DNA of 63,017 nt, filler included, from Collodictyon triciliatum (lineage: Eukaryota): NCBI GenBank assembly GCA_043381765.1. It is 10 parts of 10 records of this genome, joined end to end, with 100 filler letters (N's around TTAATTAATTAA, not from the genome) between each part and the next. Parts side by side here need not be neighbours in the genome. Positions count along the whole stretch, not along the records: positions 1 to 8,039 come from JBHJMP010003619.1; positions 8,140 to 16,171 come from JBHJMP010003620.1; 8 more parts are not named here. One strand, written 5' to 3'. The position numbers and the translations under genes were made by a program. The notes beneath the pieces were generated by a model. It made no database searches and was not told the DNA's origin. It saw nothing but the letters and a program-made list of their open reading frames with translations. Of this stretch, positions 1-12,874 are shown one piece after another (within the stretch, counting starts at the first letter, position 1; the number at the start of each line of letters is the position of its first letter).

Positions 1-112
1 AGAAAGAGAAAGAAAGAGAAAGAAAGAGAAAGAAAGAGAAAGAAAGAGAAAGAAAGAGAAAGAAAGAGAAAGAAAGAGAAAGAAAGAGAAAGAAAGAGAC
101 AGAGAGAGAGAG
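1..112. repeat. (AGAAAGAGAA)n purine microsatellite
   Basis: Near-perfect 10-nt tandem repeat at the window start, visible directly. Confidence 0.95.
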
Positions 113-168
113 GAAGAGATCCAAGGAGTTGACTCTGCTCTGTTTCCGCCCTTTCACACCCCAACAGG

Positions 169-1848
169 ATGACCACGAAGCAGATACACACCTCGCTCAA
201 GGAAGGTCGCGTTGAGGAGGCCATGGCCGCGTTCGACGAGGTGATCAAGGAGAACCCAAAACAGCCGTGGTATCTGATGTACGGTTTCTTTCCAAACGCC
301 TCCTTCTCTCATACACCTATGCAACACTCGCCTGATTTATCCCTTGAGCCCCATTCTATCATCTCTTTCAGCACACAGTGTTTGTGTTTGCGCGCGCGAG
401 AGAAAGAAAGAGAGAGAGAGATTTGTGCCTCTCTTGTCTTTGTGCGCAGCCCCTTCCCAGCCAACTGGATTCACTCTCTCACCCTCCTAACCTCGATCTT
501 GCACAGAAACCGGGGGCAAATCAAGTATCACATTGGCCGCCACGCAGAAAGTCTCCCCGACTTTGACGCAGCCCTTGAGTTAGACCCCGGGAATGCGTCC
601 GCCAAGTTTTGGAAGGGTAAGTGCAGCCCTCCCTTCTTCTTCTTCTTCTTCTTCTTCTTCTTCTTCTTCTTCTTCTTCTTCTTCTTCTTCTTCTTCTTCT
701 TCTTCTTCTTCTTCTTCTTCTTCTTCTTCTTCTTCTTCTTCTTCTTCTTCTTCTTCTTCTTCTTCTTCTTCTTCTTCTTCTTCTTCTTCTTCTTTCTTTC
801 TCTTCTTCTTCTTTCTTCTTTCTTCTTCTTCTTCTTCTTCTTCTTCTTCTTCTTTCTTCTTTCTTCTTCTTCTTCTTCTTCTTCTTCTTCTTCTTCTTCT
901 TCTTCTTCTTCTTCTTCTTCTTCTTCTTCTTCTTCTTCTTCTTCTTCTTCTTCTTCTTCTTCTTCTTCTTCTTCTTCTTCTTCTTCTTCTTCTTCTTCTT
1001 CTTCTTCTTCTTCTTCTTCTTCTTCTTCTTCTTCTTCTTCTTCTTCTTCTTCTTCTTCTTCTTCTTCTTCTTCTTCTTCTTCTTCTTCTTCTTCTTCTTC
1101 TTCTTCTTCTTCTTCTTTCTTCTTCTTCTTCTTCTTCTTCTTCTTCTTCTTCTTCTTCTTCTTCTTCTTCTTCTTCTTCTTCTTCTTCTGTTTTGCGTCA
1201 CTCTCCTTTGGAGGCTCGCTTGCCAAACCAGCTCGAGAGACAGCATGCTAAACCCAGGCCATGCCAGGCCTCGTTCTCTACAAAATGGGACAAGGCAGCG
1301 CCGCAGAGACCATCTGGATCAGCGCCCTCTACGATCCCGGAGATCTTTACATCCTCTCCAAGGTTGATCAGGCGCTCATGGCTCTGCAGACCGGAGCCAA
1401 GTTTGATATTCCTCCGTTCCTGGTGAAAACGCCAATCATCGTGTCCAACCCGCCAGCCTCCTTCGCCGGCACTTCACAAAGCACGGGGACTGCCCGAGAT
1501 GCATCCACCCAGCCGGAAGCCACCAGCGAAAGCGAAGGCGCAGCATCAGACCATGTTCCAAGCTCAGGCTCTGACAAGGGTTCGGCATCAGCTTCTGCTT
1601 TGGCATCTGGGTCTGGTTCCGGCTCGGGTGCTGAGCTTACAGAGGCTGAAATCGAGAATCTGCGGCTGGCTGACTTGGACCCAAAGGAATTGGATGAGTT
1701 TAGGGCGCGTGTCCTGATTAACTGTATGAAGGCTGATGTTGAGCACAAGAAGAAGCTGGCAGAGACAGTCAAGATCGACATGCCGAAGGAGGAGATCCTC
1801 ATGCATAATTCTGGAGATGAAGAGATCGATAAGATGCTTGGTGAGTAG
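169..1848 (+). CDS. TPR-repeat protein, 3 exons (169-278, 507-616, 1268-1848)
   Basis: GT-AG introns 279-506 and 617-1267 join in frame to give EEAMAAFDEVIKENPKQPWYLINRGQIKYHIGRHAESLPDFDAALELDPGNASAKFWKGLVLYKMG, a typical TPR pattern, followed by an S/A/G-rich linker and an acidic C-terminus. Confidence 0.85.
634..1188. repeat. (TTC)n microsatellite of ~550 nt within TPR gene intron 2
   Basis: Visible directly; it explains the poly-F/S/L/K/E ORFs in the track. Confidence 0.97.
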
Positions 1849-2629
1849 TGTGCCGGAGTTTGTTTTTTTTTTTTTAAAAAAATCAGGACATCATGACTCC
1901 GAAATAAGAAAACTGAGATCGATGTGTTTAGCTCGTGCTAAATAATAATCATTAATACTTTTTTTTTCTCTTCTCTCCTTGGAACCATCCCGATGGAAAT
2001 TCAATATTCATTAATCATGGATTAGCACTCGGGTATTATCACGTCAATTCAAACAACCACGACCAGGCCATCGAGATATTCTCCAATATCTTGTCAAAAA
2101 AGAAAGATGTCATTGGTGNNNNNNNNNNNNNNNNNNNNNNNNNNNNNNNNNNNNNNNNNNNNNNNNNNNNNNNNNNNNNNNNNNNNNNNNNNNNNNNNNN
2201 NNNNNNNNNNNNNNNNNNNNNNNNNNNNNNNNNNNNNNNNNNNNNNNNNNNNNNNNNNNNNNNNNNNNNNNNNNNNNNNNNNNNNNNNNNNNNNNNNNNN
2301 NNNNNNNNNNNNNNNNNNNNNNNNNNNNNNNNNNNNNNNNNNNNNNNNNNNNNNNNNNNNNNNNNNNNNNNNNNNNNNNNNNNNNNNNNNNNNNNNNNNN
2401 NNNNNNNNNNNNNNNNNNNNNNNNNNNNNNNNNNNNNNNNNNNNNNNNNNNNNNNNNNNNNNNNNNNNNNNNNNNNNNNNNNNNNNNNNNNNNNNNNNNN
2501 NNNNNNNNNNNNNNNNNNNNNNNNNNNNNNNNNNNNNNNNNNNNNNNNNNNNNNNNNNNNNNNNNNNNNNNNNNNNNNNNNNNNNNNNNNNNNNNNNNNN
2601 NNNNNNNNNNNNNNNNNNNNNNNNNNNNA

Positions 2630-3480
2630 ATCTTAATTAGAGTCAGCTCTCTGCCACCTTGTAGGACATTTATAGCTATGCCTGATGATACCACTAGAAT
2701 GACGATTTGTTCATCTGCTCTAACTCTAGTGGTTAATTCATGAGACTTTTTTTTAAGGGCCATGAAAAGCACCCATAAGACAACAAGTGGATTTACCTCT
2801 TTGTTTACGATATAATCCAAAATTTGCTATTTGTGCAACTTTGTCCTTCATTGGAAAGGGGTTCATGCTCTTCAACGTAGTCCGACATGTTTTGTTAGTT
2901 GTAGCAATATATCCCTCGTTGATTTTTCTTTCAGTCTGCGCGAGATATGGAGTTTTAGTCTCGATTCCCTGTACTTCATCCACATGGAGACTTCTTGAAT
3001 CTCGAAGGATAAGTAGTTGGTGGTAATCATATAATGCATCCTGCGGTTTGTCCTGTGGCCTTGGCCTTGTGGTTGCACGAGATGCAAGACAGTGTTTAAC
3101 CTCTCTCTCAGTCTATCCACAAGTCTCTCGATCTGTACTGATTTACACGATTCAGTGAACACGAACCAGAAAGCATGAAAGAAAATCCCATTTATCTGTG
3201 GGTGGATTACATATATACAATTAGTTGCGTACTTTCCTCATAACACTCGAGATTGAAGCACAAATAGGATGAAGATTGTCCAAAAATTTCGATGGAGCAT
3301 AGCGACTATATCAAAATATTATTCACGAAAGGTAGGAGACTGGAAAGTAGATGCGCAGATTCTATCGGATTCATGGTCTTCAACCAATTCTACCTCAAAT
3401 GAATATGTATGTAGCATGAGATTGTCTGCAACAAAATTGAAGGATTTTACATGATAAGAAAAACCGATGAGAGAGCGCTT
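2630..3480 (-). mobile_element. Degenerate Helitron RepHel remnant (Pif1-like helicase N-terminal part and upstream linker)
   Basis: The minus strand gives VRADEQIVILVVSSGIAINVLQGGR (cf. Pif1/Helitron motif VASSGIAAxLLxGGRTAHS) and KSF...ELVEDHESDRICASTFQSPTFRE (cf. KSFEDL...GLLEDDxEW...ASTFQSPxxLRxLF). It has stops and frameshifts. Weaker Helitron-like traces lie at ~2000-2118 and ~4000-4380. Confidence 0.7.
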
Positions 3481-3708
3481 TACTACAATTAATTTGTGAG
3501 GCATATCAAAATGAAAACGAAATATTTTTTCAGATGAACCACTTAATATTCACACTCAATGGATATGGTATCGCTTTCGTTGTTTCTTATTCAGAGGTCA
3601 GCTCGTGAATAAGCTTAAAAAACATTTCTATATCAGTGGAGAAAACCAGAAGAAAACTAAAAAAGGAAAAAGTAAAAAAGAATAAGAAAAAAGATAAAAG
3701 ATAAAAGA

Positions 3709-3992
3709 TTTTTTTCCCTTTATTCGATTCAAAGTGTAGCGAGGTTATGCCATACAAGAGGCGGGATGGGAGCGCATGGTAGAACAAACGTGAGTAAGAG
3801 AAGACATTATGGATAGGCTAGTACCGGAAACAAATCGGTGATAGCGAGTTGGTCAGGTGGGCGCCCGAAGTGGTTGATTGGTTGCGTGGGTAGCAGGGGT
3901 TGGATATACTGTGGGAGATATCGCACGACACATTCCCACATCTCTCTTCGCTTGCGGTGAGAGTAGCTGGGACGTGCGGGCTTGCTTTCAGC
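3709..3992 (-). mobile_element. 3' fragment of non-LTR retrotransposon, family A
   Basis: Clearly alignable by eye with 34078-34364; ends in CTTTGAATCGAATAAAGGG followed by A7. No TSD found. Confidence 0.85.
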
Positions 3993-4504
3993 TTTTGACT
4001 ATCGGCGGGTCTATAATACCTATAGAATTGGCTTATCGACTCATTTTCTACAGTATGTAAGGATTCGGACTGGTGATTTCATATCGAAAGAGATTAGAAA
4101 ATGCAATAGTCATCGAAATGGCGGAGAGTCGAGTGTGTTTGACCGCCTTTGGTGTATAAAAAAAAGCAACTTAATACCTTCAGTCGTACAATAGAGAATC
4201 TTAACTGGTCTGCCTGGACGAATGGGATGAGCTCGTTGAAAAAATGCATTTATCCCGCCATTTGCTCAATACCAATTTATTGGATTTCACGTCATAATCG
4301 ATGCGAGTGTGCAATTGGGTTGGAAATCCTTTAGTAAGATATTTTAGTGTTCACGCGTGCGATACAACCCTATTCGATTGCACCCAAATTCATATTGATA
4401 AAAATACCGACTGATAGAAAAAAAAAATAAGGCATAGAAAATTTATGAGATATTCTTGATAAATAATCCAAAACATGAAATGGGTGTATAAAATGATAAT
4501 TAAT

Positions 4505-4617
4505 CGATAGATATTTACTTGTGCACCGCCATGTCCAAGTGATGATAGTCCAAATAAAGGCTAGCGAACCAAGGCAACACCGCCCATCCTGCACAAAGTA
4601 AAAGCTTCAATATATAT
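4505..4617 (+). mobile_element. Short retroposed element, family B (diverged copy)
   Basis: Shares GGCTAGCGAACCAA..CAACA...CCATCCTGCACAAA with 35082-35172; flanked by the direct repeat AAATGATAATTAAT (4491-4504 and 4618-4631). Confidence 0.7.
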
Positions 4618-5719
4618 AAATGATAATTAATTAGATATTGAAATTCATTAATCGCAAATTACATTAACCATAGCAATCACTACGAAATATCCGTTAAATT
4701 GTGAGGCATGCTGCTACCAACAGCACGAAAGGACAATGACTGAATGAAAACACGCATTCATTTGTATACATATATTGATGTCAGGTCGGAGCTAAACATT
4801 TACCACCAGGAAAGGTTTTTTAATTAAAAACAAGTATCGGACTGATTTATTCAACTATTTTTTTCTTTTTCGACAGTCAGCCCCACCCCTCACAACACTT
4901 CTAAGTATCTATGTCCCTCATGCAGCCGCGTCGCTCTTTTTGTGTGTTCTGTCACGCGCATCCACTTAACAAATAAAAAGTATGCAAGACACTCACAAAA
5001 ATCCAGCACACTCACCTGCACAGTCCCCGCCTCATTCTTGTCGTGAGGTCTAACCGAACAGATATTTCTGAAGAACTTTCGAAGATCTGGTAGTTTCCCA
5101 AAATCCCTCTTTTAAAAAGCTCCGCGATTATACAGCTACTCCAATTTAAATTAAAAAATCGAAAAAAAGTTAACCTTATAGCAGCCAGGGTTTTCCCGTT
5201 GACAGATAAATGGAGTGCAACTTTGGAACAAGTTTTATTCTCGTAAGAAAAATCATGTTTGACAAACTAAAAACAATTTGGTGTCTAATACAACACGATA
5301 TATTTTCATTAATGTTGGAATAAAAAGAGGCTAACAGCGATGTGTGCAGATGGAGAGGCTTACAACACAAATTCAAGCGCCCATAAATCTGAAGCTCTGC
5401 ATGAAACACATTTGCAGACAAGCCATAAGAAGGGCATCGTGTGGCATCTCATCACTTCCTTTCCGGAAAAAAATACATGACATAATAGTTAGAAACACAT
5501 ACACGCTCTGCAACTCTATTACATGTAGGCACACATACATACGAGATAGTACACGGCCAACATACTCCCTTCAGGTCGATATCCCAGATTGAACCTACAA
5601 CATTGAGAAACGCATAAAAACGAAGAATCAGCAAGTTAGTAAAATTTTTCATCCTTCGCAATCCATTTCCTGACTACACTAGATGAAACATCTCACTCAA
5701 ACGACCCATCACCTGGTAC

Positions 5720-6530
5720 ATTCCTCTCAGAAAACACGGACTTCTTGACCACACACTTTGAGAGAAACATGAAAAATATCTTGGGCACAGCTGCCTTTGG
5801 TTTGGTCTTGAGATGTAGTCGAAGGAGAGCCACCTTACCGTCAAGAAGAGTGAGTGACATATCTCTCTTTGCAGCTGCCAAAGGCTCTGGCTGAGAAAAA
5901 GGGCAGCATCATGTTCGAGCTGCAGCACCACCCAAACACCATGGCGTTCTACGACTTCGGATTCTGGGGCAACGACCTGCTCTTTCCATGGAGTCTGCAG
6001 AAATCGAAGAGCTCTGCTTGTTCATAAAAAAATTACATGGCACTTAGAGGCGACATCACCTCGAATATGGCATGCATACAATTCAAGGCTTTTTATATCT
6101 GCATTCACATGGCCGAAGATTCATCCAGCACCGTGGCCTCAAGATCTAAAACTTCCTGCTTGTGAACGGCATTTCCGAGCTGAACGACATCAGCCTTGTA
6201 AAATTGGCGCGTCCATCAACTCGGTTAGTGGCTTCAAAGGCTCAAAGAACTTGTCACCGAGGCCTTTCGAGATTGGAAAAGGTATTGGCTGCCTAGTGAT
6301 ACCAACTCGTATGAGGTGGTCTTCTGGTCTATCTTGAATAAAGTATATTAGTATGAGCCATCAATATAGAATGAGGTCAGCACAAGAGCCACGGGCCGGT
6401 GAATTTCCTCCTCTCTCCCACCGCATCATGTCCTTCTTGACTCGCAGTTCTGAACCACAAACGCTGGGATAGAAAGTACGAAGCTCGCATCAATTCCCGA
6501 CAGATCAGGGCTGAGCTCAAAGAGCGTCAC
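5720..6530 (+). pseudogene. Protein kinase pseudogene (TKL-like)
   Basis: Kinase motifs in order across frameshifts: ILGTAAFGLV (G-loop, ~5781), TVKK, LQHHPNTMAFY, IQGFLYLHSH..IQHRGLKI*NFLL (HRD loop with TAA at 6147), LNDISL (DFG position) and PSDTNSYEVVFW (subdomain IX). Confidence 0.8.
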
Positions 6531-8039
6531 CACTATCAACCCGGTTGTAATCATGGTCACTCCAAGAATGGGCTTTGTCAGCGTCGCGAAAGCCGTAGAG
6601 TTTGTCACTTATCCCGAGAAGTCCATTACGTAGTTGCGTCCAAGTCTGCGAATACGAATGAGATAAGCGACTCAAGTTTGATATCCTCATCGACGAGCAC
6701 GTGAGAGTTCTGACTTTAGAGTTCAAGATCTTCCTCATGCAACATGCACTAATATTAGAGGAGACCAGACAGTGGCAAGCTCTGCATTTCTCAACCATCT
6801 CTCACTCCATTTGTTATAATTTGCGGGATTTGAGGCTTCTGCTCAGCCATTTGCTGATCTCTGTCCTTATTGCCCATACATCCCTGAGGCATACGCAGCA
6901 TAATAATTTCCCTGACAGAAACTCTGCAGCTTTGCTTCTTTGTTGATAAAATAGTCAGTGGGAAGGCAAAATAAAAAAAAACTTTCATAATGTGTAAATA
7001 TGAACAAAAGCAGATTGAACTGAGGCAAAAGCATCTGAACTTATTCCATAAATAGAAAAATCTAAAATATACAAAAGCGGATATTATATAGTATGATTAA
7101 TTTTTTTGGACATGACCTTTCGATTTATAAATTCTGTTGCAATTATTTGATTGCATGTAACATTATTAATTATACGTACCAATTCCACACGATTTCATCA
7201 CATGTTCGGTATTCACAATGCACATATTCAACACATGCGCTAATCAAGAACAACCCACAAGCTCAAGGAATCGGAGCTACTAAATGCTATGATGATAGTA
7301 AAAATAGCTGATGACCCGAAACAGAATAGCAACGTTGGTTAAAATGGCGCAAGTTATCTAAAAGATGCAGTGTCTTTTGTTCAGAATTTGGTCTATTTCT
7401 TTGAATGGTTCAAGAATTGTGGCTAATTTATCACCCTAATTTGGAAAAGAAAAACTTTCTTCGCATTGGTTCGTTTTTAATGAATGTTATGTTTTATTAT
7501 CTTATTTCGAAAAATTCTAAGAATTCTCGTAGAAAACCAAAATTAATCAAATCTGGAAAATATAATTAATGTATTATTTAAATTTAAGGAAATCAAAAAG
7601 CTGAGAAGCGTATTAAATATACCTAGCGTAATATTCCATCTCATGCTTTTATTCTATTCTCGAACGCTTACTGCCTTCAATCAATGTTGTCGCTCTTTGT
7701 CAATTTACAAAAGCACGCGAGTGGAGTATCGTATCATATGTAGATTAGATGCAACAGTATTGCATATCCTTCTATCTTGAATTAAAACAGCCCCATCCTC
7801 ATCAATACTGTTACAAAAAGAGGCAATTGCGCGGATTACAGATGGTAGATGGTTTGTGCCTGATGATTGAAGAGAAAAGACGGTTGAGAAATAGCGACGA
7901 CTGGATTTTGGGCGAGTGAGGCGACATATCGACAGGATATATGGGTAAATAACAGTGAATCTATTTGAAAATCAAGCATTCATTTGCCTCAGGTTTCCTG
8001 ATTGCTACCTGCCATCATTATGTAAACATATAAATATAG

Positions 8040-8139
8040 NNNNNNNNNNNNNNNNNNNNNNNNNNNNNNNNNNNNNNNNNNNNTTAATTAATTAANNNNN
8101 NNNNNNNNNNNNNNNNNNNNNNNNNNNNNNNNNNNNNNN
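8040..8139. other. Artificial scaffold spacer N44-TTAATTAATTAA-N44 (also 16172-16271, 24303-24402, 32433-32532, 40559-40658, 48681-48780, 56801-56900, 59317-59416, 61155-61254)
   Basis: Identical 100-nt six-frame-stop linker repeated nine times; the intervening pieces are 8032, 8031, 8030, 8026, 8022, 8020, 2416 and 1738 nt. Confidence 0.98.
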
Positions 8140-8310
8140 TGATTATTCGTAGTGATGAAGTTGCGGCAGATGTCTTCCAGCTCCTTCAGCCTTTGGGGAT
8201 TCAGCAAAGTGCCTTTCATGTTGTAGATAAGGGTCGACTGCATCACTTGGTTCCACAACCTTACTTTCCCCGCGTCCGAGAGATGATAGTTGCTCCGCAC
8301 TGATATTTTC
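8140..8310 (-). mobile_element. L1/Tx1-like LINE ORF2 fragment (region just after the RT core), cut by scaffold end
   Basis: YHLSDAGKVRLWNQVMQSTLIYNMKGTLLNPQRLKELEDICRNFI matches the LSxxGK/RxxLxxxVxxSxxxYxM...LExxxRxF pattern of L1-clade ORF2. Confidence 0.75.
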
Positions 8311-8883
8311 GACCTAGCGCCCTAGACCTTCCATTCATGGAATACTAATTGTGGAAAATATTACTAATGGATATATTATTGATGATTGATTATACAACTA
8401 TTATATATTCATAAATTAATTAAATATAAATTTATCAGTAATAAAAAATATCCGTTTGAGTCTCATAAGTGCTGGGCCACAACCCCCATCTTCATTTGAA
8501 TGCCCCAAATGATAATATTTTTGTCGACAACTAACCCATTATTTGGTCGGCAAGGGGAGCATCTTGATTCATTCCATAATCGGAGAAGAATCGCCAGAGG
8601 ATCGCCACGCCATCAGCGATTCAGGCCCGAATCAAGCGCAATCGAGGTCATGTTTGGTAAAAAATCTCGATTTTCGACCGTCCATTGGGTCTAGGTGTTT
8701 GTGCGCATTCTGTTTTTATTGGGATTGCTTTTCTTGTGGTCTGTTCGTCAATTAGAAAGGATGAAATAGTGAGAAAAGTTGAGCGATGTGTTTGAGAAAA
8801 TCGTGAATGAGCAAAAGTAAATTTAGTTTGTGGTCTTGTACTTTTACCTTTCCATTTTCTTTTCTCCTTTTTTTCTGCTTTTT

Positions 8884-8995
8884 TTTATTTGTTATTTGTT
8901 ATTTGTTATTTGTTATTTGTTATTTGTTATTTGTTATTTGTTATTTGTTATTTGTTATTTGTTATTTGTTATTTGTTATTTGTTATTTGTTATTT
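8884..8995. repeat. (TTATTTG)n heptamer microsatellite
   Basis: Visible directly. Confidence 0.95.
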
Positions 8996-9915
8996 GAAAA
9001 CAGAGCTTGGTTTAGGTCTCGTGGGGTAATAAAATAGCTATGAAACAAAACAAAATAGCAGAAAAGAAGGCGGGCAGATGTTGGACATTCGAGCTTCGAA
9101 ATCAATTATGTCTCAGATGCTGGTGCTATTTAATCTGAAACGAAGGCACCATTTTCCAGTAAAAAAAAAAAAAATCAATTAATTATTAACAAACGAGTGC
9201 ATTATTGCTTCGAGGATTTCAGTATTGAGAGCAATCGGCGGACAAAGGACGAAATAAACAAAGCAAATCGCCATAAAACCCCTTTGTGAAAAATACCAAA
9301 TCAATAGTTTTTCATTCTCGTTCTATCCCACAGTTATGGGGTATATATAATGAATCCTAAGCGTGTGTGGAAATGGGTCGGGATATTAATTATTTTATTT
9401 TTTTTAAAAATAAAAAAAAAGAAATAGAGAAATTCATGAGGTAAGTGAAGATTGACAGAAGGGGTTGCCAATCGAGCAATTCATTTCGCTAAGGTCGCCT
9501 TTGTCGCGTGCTCCATATATTTAAGCTAGACGGAACCTTTTCCTTTGCTTGACAATTTAATTACAGAGGGAATGCATAATTGTGCGGCTATAATGGCGTA
9601 TAAAAGGAGCAAGTGTTTAGTGAGAGCCTCGAATTCGCGGATTTCTTGCCCGTTCTTTTATGGGGGCTTATCACATAAGCTACACAGCACGCATCGCCTT
9701 TTCACGAACCTGTCCGCCCTTCGACCGTCGAGCGAACTTTGATTGGTTCACCTTCCATTGTTTTAAAATCAATTCCCCATTGATTTGTGGGAGGAGACGG
9801 GCGAATTAAATGGATGTTTTGTTCGCTCTGCTGCTATGGTGTTATTGTAATCGGGCGGTTACATCGTGCCATCTCTGATGCGCAATAGCAGCTGTCCTCT
9901 TTACATTCTCTTCTC

Positions 9916-9958
<43 letters not shown>

Positions 9959-10224
9959 GCGTCTTAGGCAGAGATACAGGATTCCACTGTCGATCTTTCT
10001 ACAGAAAGAGCCTCTCCAAAAGAAAGAGTTTCTAGTAAATTAAAATGCCAATAAGGTTGCATCTCTCATCCTGCATAAAATGGTAGGAAAATAGTGGGGG
10101 AACAATCAAGAGCGAACGAGTCTCTCCCTTTCATCTTTCCGTTCCAGTTCATCCTATTGTTTTTCGCCTTAATCTTGAAAGGGATTGAAGCGCTCCTTGC
10201 TCTTATGCCTTACATCTGTGTCCC

Positions 10225-10293
<69 letters not shown>

Positions 10294-10562
10294 CATAAAT
10301 CTGGTGGGCAAATATTGAAGCCCCCTTTGTTTTCTCCTTCCTCAATGTGTTCTTTCGGGGTACAGAGAAGGGAATGCCACGACGCTTCTGTTGTGCCTAT
10401 CATTATTTCATGAACATATGTTCACAACTTCACTACAACTTAAACTCTTTATTTTTCTTACATAAAAACACTTGCTAGATCTGCGTATATATTTTCCTTT
10501 CCATTTGATTTTTCAATCTTTGATCAGTTCTTCAATCGATTCCTTTTTTTTTTTTACAGATT

Positions 10563-11775
10563 ATGTACGCGCGCTGGAGAGTCAACAAACCAAAACTCAA
10601 AACCAAAATAGTGTCTCTGCCTTTGGAAATCAAACCATGCACTTCGGCGATGGCTGAACGACAACATAGCCCTTTTTTCGAGTCGTTGGATTTGATAAAA
10701 AGTGTGCATCATCCGTTCTTGTATAAATATAGTGCTGGCATAACTCCCTTGGTATTAATCATCTCTATTGTAGGCCACGAAGGCAAGAGAGGAAAACAAG
10801 ACAATCAAGATAATCATCAAATACGAGCGCAAGAACAAGCGCAAGAACAAGCACAAGAACAAGCACAAGCACAAGCATACTCATCCCCTGGCCAATGCCC
10901 TTCATATCATAATTTCGTTGAATCCACTGCACTCTTCGGCTGCCCTGTCAAAGATTCTTCCTCTGTAGCGGTCATCTCTGACGCAAGCACAGATTTTCCT
11001 TACCTGTTGTCGATTCCCTGGATCATCATGAATCCAGTCATTCACCAGAACATTCATTTCCCACAAACATCAATGTGCATAGTGTACCATACGCTTCCAT
11101 GTGAGTGATTTTATGCCCACTTTGCTCTGTAACGCAGGGGAGAAAATTTAAGTTGAAAAAAAAACGTGACTATTTGTGACATAAATTACATATATATATA
11201 TATAAATTGCTATTGAATAGTGCTTTATGATTTTTCTTTTTCTGATTCATCTGAATTATCATGGACCTGTAGCTGCATCACCATTATCACCAGTAACTTC
11301 TCTGTCGAACAAGCACGAACCCAGGGACGTGGCAGACGGATTCGTAGAGGCGCGAACAAGTCCCTCTGAGCCGCCCATGTTTGGTTTCGATACGTTAAGA
11401 CATCCATCGGCCATTAATGACTGTCATACAGGCTTTGATTACATCTCTTATGAACCAAAAAACGGTCAAAATCACCTGCGCAATCGTAATTCTCTATACG
11501 AGACTCATTCTTCTAGCCCATGCAACAGAAGTTATGTGCGCCCCTTTATTGAGTTTAGCAATCATGTCCGCCCCGCCGTTCGAAGGGCTTATCCATACGT
11601 CTCCAATTGCGACATGATGCGAATAATTGGAAAACTTTGGAGGAATATGTCAGAAAGCGAAAAGAATGTGTATCGGGCGGGTGACGTCATGGGGATTAGT
11701 AAGTGTGCAAACTTTATTGATCAGACTCAGGATGTTCCTCTATCAACACAGAGGAAAAAACTGTTGAAAAAATAA
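10563..11775 (+). CDS. HMG-box transcription factor, paralog 1 (exons 10563-11100, 11271-11775)
   Basis: A GTGAGT donor at 11101 and a TAG acceptor at 11270 keep the frame. C-terminal HMG box RSYVRPFIEFSNHVRPAVRRAYPYVSNCDMMRIIGKLWRNMSESEKNVY, then NFIDQT and a basic tail. Confidence 0.85.
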
Positions 11776-12099
11776 AGGATTGTGCAGTTTCTTAGGCCTT
11801 GTTTGAAAGATATTCAATTAATCATATATTTCCATTTTCTATCTGCCTGGTTTGGCCATGAGTATAATACAAAATGTAATTGAGTTCGCCATTTTCTTTT
11901 CCTTTCTTGTATTTTTCGTTTTCCTTTTCTTTTTCCTTTTCCTTTTCTTTTTCTTTTTTGAAGTATGTTCAGTCGACCGTGTGATTTGGTATAGAATATG
12001 GCCTATTTCAATCATTTCTCTCTTGTCTTTCATTTTTTTAAAAGAAAAACAATACTGCTCGTTTCCAAAAATGCTACTTGTATGAATCAGCGCTAGTTA

Positions 12100-12123
12100 A
12101 TGATAATTATGATGATGATGATG

Positions 12124-12218
<95 letters not shown>
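12100..12218. repeat. (ATG/ATA)n microsatellite between the HMG genes
   Basis: Visible directly. Confidence 0.95.
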
Positions 12219-12874
12219 CCGTGGTTCTAAGTCTGTTCTCCAACATGCACAACTTACTCGACCCTTGTATAGTGTAACCTGGTTGCGCTTTGAATTAAAA
12301 AAAAGAGGGAACATAATTTGTACAGATTTCTTCAATGTGATAGGAAAATAGATAAAAAAATAGAAAAGAAAGGAAAAAGAAAGGAAAATGACGAAGATTG
12401 AGGCCATACTCCCTTCATTTCCAAACCACTTACATTTGTGTGTTTGATGCAGTTAGCATAAAATTTAAGGAGATGGAAATTCGGTAGCAAAATTCTTTTA
12501 ACCACGAGCTTCAAATAAATATATGTCCATTGTTCGGATTAGGTTTGTTGGCACTACGCTATCTTGAACTATTGAAGATTCCTAAGCTTTTCATATTCAA
12601 TTGCTGTGTATGTGCATATATGATAAGTATATTTAATTACTTAAATATAAGCAAAACAAACTGCTCTAAAATGATACTCTTTTTTTTTTTTTTAATAATT
12701 AGATGATAATATTTCCCTTGTAATTTTTGATTTGTATCGATTCAAAACACGTGGAAAATATTTCTCTCAAGGCTCGTTGAATTCATTAAGTTGGGATTTA
12801 TTCTTTCTTTCAGATTGCTCCATTAAGTTAGTTGTTTATCAGGATTCAATCCTGTAAATGTAGATAGAAATTCA

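Noticed and set aside
521-1426. Long poly-K/E/R/S/L/F ORFs (and similar ones at 12.1, 24.4, 31.9, 48.5, 51.3 and 55.4 kb)
   Set aside because: They are translations of intronic or intergenic microsatellites.
1927-1942. Hairpin TTTAGC-TCGT-GCTAAA as a possible Helitron 3' terminus
   Set aside because: AT-rich, with no proper CTRR end, and too close to the helicase start to leave room for the remaining motifs.
2091-2640. ORFs spanning N runs (also 18.5, 29.0, 43.7 and 52.8 kb)
   Set aside because: Open only because the gaps translate as X.
8084-8095. Palindromic TTAATTAATTAA recurring about every 8.1 kb, superficially a periodic element
   Set aside because: Always centred in 44+44 Ns; it is an artificial six-frame-stop linker between size-sorted scaffolds.
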